From the sequence record NC_054932.1: 64,000 nucleotides of DNA; one strand, 5' to 3'. The DNA is from Escherichia phage teqdroes. Below the pieces are notes generated by a model. It was not told where the DNA came from, searched no databases, and saw only the letters and a program-made list of their open reading frames with translations. The position numbers and the translations under genes were made by a program. This document shows positions 61,654-64,000 of the stretch, one piece after another; the stretch's first letter is position 1; each line of letters opens with the position of its first letter.

Positions 61654-61663
61654 AATAAAATGA

Positions 61664-61680
61664 GGGGCTTCGGCCCCTTA
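61664..61680 (+). terminator. GC hairpin (terminator candidate)
   Basis: GGGGCTTCGGCCCC followed by TTA. Confidence 0.45.
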
Positions 61681-61694
61681 CTGAGGTAAATACT

Positions 61695-61982
61695 ATGTTT
61701 ATGACTACTTATTTTGATACCCGCAAAAATTTCTGTGAAGTGGTTTTCTCTAAGGCACCTAAAGACCTTCCTGCTCATTTGCAGCCTACTAGTGAATCGA
61801 TTAAAAACTATGTTAATATAGTCTGCCCTTTAGAGTTCCGTACTGTAAATGGCCGCGATACTTTAGCTATCACTAAACTTAATCGTGAAATTGACATTGA
61901 CCCTTCAATTGCGCGTGAAATTAACATTTCTGATATTGGCGGCGGTAATGTTAAATCGCATGGTTTTCAGATGAGGTTCTAA
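61695..61982 (+). CDS. hypothetical protein (95 aa)
   Basis: ORF. Confidence 0.45.
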   Translation: MFMTTYFDTRKNFCEVVFSKAPKDLPAHLQPTSESIKNYVNIVCPLEFRTVNGRDTLAITKLNREIDIDPSIAREINISDIGGGNVKSHGFQMRF

Positions 61983-62179
61983 TGAAATTCTTTTTAGGTC
62001 AAACTGTTGAATTAAAGGGAGTTGGTATACCTGGATTAATTTCTAAGGTTCTACCTCCATTTAAATGGAGTGGTATTCAAATAAAAGAGGCTTATATTGT
62101 TTCCTGGGTAGATGGAAATGAAGACCTTCGTATGGGTGATGAATTATCTCCTATCTACGGATTAAAGGAATTAGTATGA
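61982..62179 (+). CDS. hypothetical protein (65 aa)
   Basis: ORF. Confidence 0.4.
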   Translation: MKFFLGQTVELKGVGIPGLISKVLPPFKWSGIQIKEAYIVSWVDGNEDLRMGDELSPIYGLKELV

Positions 62180-62382
62180 ATATAATTAATAAGATTTTTG
62201 GAATTCAGTACATTAAGGTCACATATAAAGTAACAGATAAAAATCCGTATACTGATGAACACGAAGAACCACAAGTTAAGTCTATTATATTAGAAAAGGA
62301 CCCTAACTGGCCAGTTGAATTTCGTCTTCCTTGCTATGGTCATTGGGCTGATGTTGAAATTATAAGTATTGAAAATGTCTGA
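62176..62382 (+). CDS. hypothetical protein (68 aa)
   Basis: ORF. Confidence 0.4.
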   Translation: MNIINKIFGIQYIKVTYKVTDKNPYTDEHEEPQVKSIILEKDPNWPVEFRLPCYGHWADVEIISIENV

Positions 62383-62833
62383 GCTAGAGATAAGAAGCAA
62401 TTTTAGATGGCCATCATGTGCATTAAGTAATTTCGCCCAATGGCCTTTCGTTATGGATGGTATTCAATTTGGAGGTCTTGAAGGATTCCTCCAAGGGTGT
62501 AAGGTGAAAAATGTTGAACAACAACGTCGTATATTTGGGTTATCCGGGCTTGCCGCCCAACAAGCTGGAAGGTCTTATGCTAGAGCTCAGGACCGTGGGA
62601 CCCTCTTCTGGCTTGGAGTTCCGTTTTCAAGATACTCCCCGGCGTGGAAAGAATTATACACAAATGCATATTTTGAAGCAGCGATCCAAAACAAGGGCTT
62701 TCGTGATGCATTACAAGCCTCGAAAGGAAAAGTTTTGAAGCACAGCATGGCTAGTGGTCTAACAAAAGATGATACAATACTAACCGAAGCTGAATTTATT
62801 GATGTGTTAAATCTATTAAGAGACTCTCTATGA
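62375..62833 (+). CDS. NADAR/YbiA-like (DUF1768-type) domain protein
   Basis: Motif ALSNFAQWPF…DG…F…EGFLQGCK resembles the YbiA/NADAR signature as I recall it; assignment is by motif only. Confidence 0.45.
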   Translation: MSELEIRSNFRWPSCALSNFAQWPFVMDGIQFGGLEGFLQGCKVKNVEQQRRIFGLSGLAAQQAGRSYARAQDRGTLFWLGVPFSRYSPAWKELYTNAYFEAAIQNKGFRDALQASKGKVLKHSMASGLTKDDTILTEAEFIDVLNLLRDSL

Positions 62834-63666
62834 AGCCTACTATTTTAACTGATATTGATGGAGTATGTTTAAGCTGGCAATCAGGCCTTCCTTATTTTGC
62901 TCAGAAATATAATCTTCCGTTAGAACATATTTTAAAAATGATCCAAGATGAGAAATTTATTTCTCCGGGTAAACTCTTTAATTGCGATGAAGAACTTGGC
63001 GTCAAGTTAATTGAAAAATACAATCGTTCAGATTTTATTCGTTATTTGTCTCCATATAAAGACGCCCTGTGCGTAATTAACAAATTAAAAGAAGATTATA
63101 ATTTTGTAGCTGTTACAGCGTTGGGTGATTCTATTGACGCTCTGTTGAATCGTCAATTTAATTTGAATGCTCTTTTTCCTGGTGCCTTCTCAGAAGTAAT
63201 GATGTGTGGTCATGATTCTTCAAAAGAAGAGTTGTTCAAAAAGGCAAAAGAGAAATATAACGTAATTTGTTATATTGACGATCTCGCTCACCACTGCGAT
63301 CATGCGAGTGAAATATTACGTGTTCCTGTGTATTGGATGGCTCGAGGGGAACGTGACAGTATTCCAAAAACCGCTCAGCGAGTTTATACATGGAACGATG
63401 TAGAGAATAAGCTTTTTTCACCAAAGGAAAATAAAGAAAGTTTTGATAGTGAAAAAGCTATAAAAGATGTAATTGAAAAGATGATTAAAAATGATTCTTT
63501 TCGTTGGAACACTACCTGGAGAACTCCTGGATTTAATCCTTATAATCCATATCATCCATATCAGACACATCCGTTTCAGACATGGAACTATATTAAACCT
63601 GGTGGCATAGAGTATTTGTATAATAGACCTACTAGTGGTGATAATATTTTCCAAGGAGCATTCTAA
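62830..63666 (+). CDS. HAD-superfamily hydrolase-like protein (putative nucleotidase/phosphatase)
   Basis: N-terminal DIDGV (HAD motif I-like) and downstream YIDDLAHH; 278 aa. Confidence 0.45.
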   Translation: MKPTILTDIDGVCLSWQSGLPYFAQKYNLPLEHILKMIQDEKFISPGKLFNCDEELGVKLIEKYNRSDFIRYLSPYKDALCVINKLKEDYNFVAVTALGDSIDALLNRQFNLNALFPGAFSEVMMCGHDSSKEELFKKAKEKYNVICYIDDLAHHCDHASEILRVPVYWMARGERDSIPKTAQRVYTWNDVENKLFSPKENKESFDSEKAIKDVIEKMIKNDSFRWNTTWRTPGFNPYNPYHPYQTHPFQTWNYIKPGGIEYLYNRPTSGDNIFQGAF

Positions 63667-63935
63667 TGTTTGTTGTTCACACTATTTATGAAAATGAAGG
63701 TAATACTACACGTGATTACGGTCACGTAAATCAATTTTTTAGATGCAATCCAGAATTCCGAGCTCAAAAAGACGAACGAATTTTTAAAAAATGTGTAGAG
63801 CAAGGTTTCATTTACGTCAAACACTGGATGCAAGGAAATAAAGTTAGAACCACGTACCATAGGTCTTTGACTGAGCTTAATGATGAATTGATTTATAATA
63901 GAGCTGTAAACCAAACTCTAAAGGATGAACAATGA
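63666..63935 (+). CDS. hypothetical protein (89 aa)
   Basis: ORF immediately upstream of the ligase gene. Confidence 0.45.
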   Translation: MFVVHTIYENEGNTTRDYGHVNQFFRCNPEFRAQKDERIFKKCVEQGFIYVKHWMQGNKVRTTYHRSLTELNDELIYNRAVNQTLKDEQ

Positions 63936-64000
63936 TTCTTAAAATTCTGAACGAAATAGCATCTATTGGTTCAACTAAGCAGAAGCAAGCAATTCTTGAA
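63932..64000 (+). CDS. 30: DNA ligase gp30, N-terminal fragment (3'-truncated by window end)
   Basis: MILKILNEIASIGSTKQKQAILE… matches the T4 DNA ligase N-terminus. Confidence 0.85.
   Translation, partial: MILKILNEIASIGSTKQKQAILE

Overview
This window reads as a contiguous segment of a T4-like (T-even, Tevenvirinae) phage genome, in reverse orientation relative to the usual T4 map. It runs from uvsX (5'-truncated at the window start) through genes 40, 41, 61, 56, soc, modB/modA, dda, dexA, 39, rIIA, rIIB, denB, ndd, stp, ac, 52, motA, arn and asiA on the + strand. It then crosses the late, minus-strand lysis and long-tail-fibre block (t, 38, 37, 36, 35, 34) and returns to the + strand for rnh, dsbA, 33, 59, 32, frd, td, nrdA, nrdB, denA, rnlA (63), alc, pseT, cd, 31 and rIII, ending in the start of DNA ligase (30). 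Gene calls rest on my recognition of the translated ORFs against remembered T4 proteins plus synteny; no database search was possible. Regulatory signals are dense and T4-typical: GTTTAC...TATAAT early promoters, TATAAATA late promoters, and GC hairpins with UUCG-type loops followed by T-runs. I see no CRISPR array, tRNA, integrase or transposase. Compared with T4 as I remember it, this phage seems to lack the td and nrdB introns, the gene 39/60 split and the homing-endonuclease ORFs, and appears to have no dam gene between 61 and 56. The unexplained signals are modest and local rather than one obvious new multi-gene system: an antisense small membrane ORF at the 61/56 junction, an extra ORF between frd and td, tandem paralog families of small early ORFs, clusters of hydrophobic micro-ORFs missed by the ORF track, promoters whose -10 element sits inside an inverted repeat, and a NADAR-like/HAD-like pair next to ligase.
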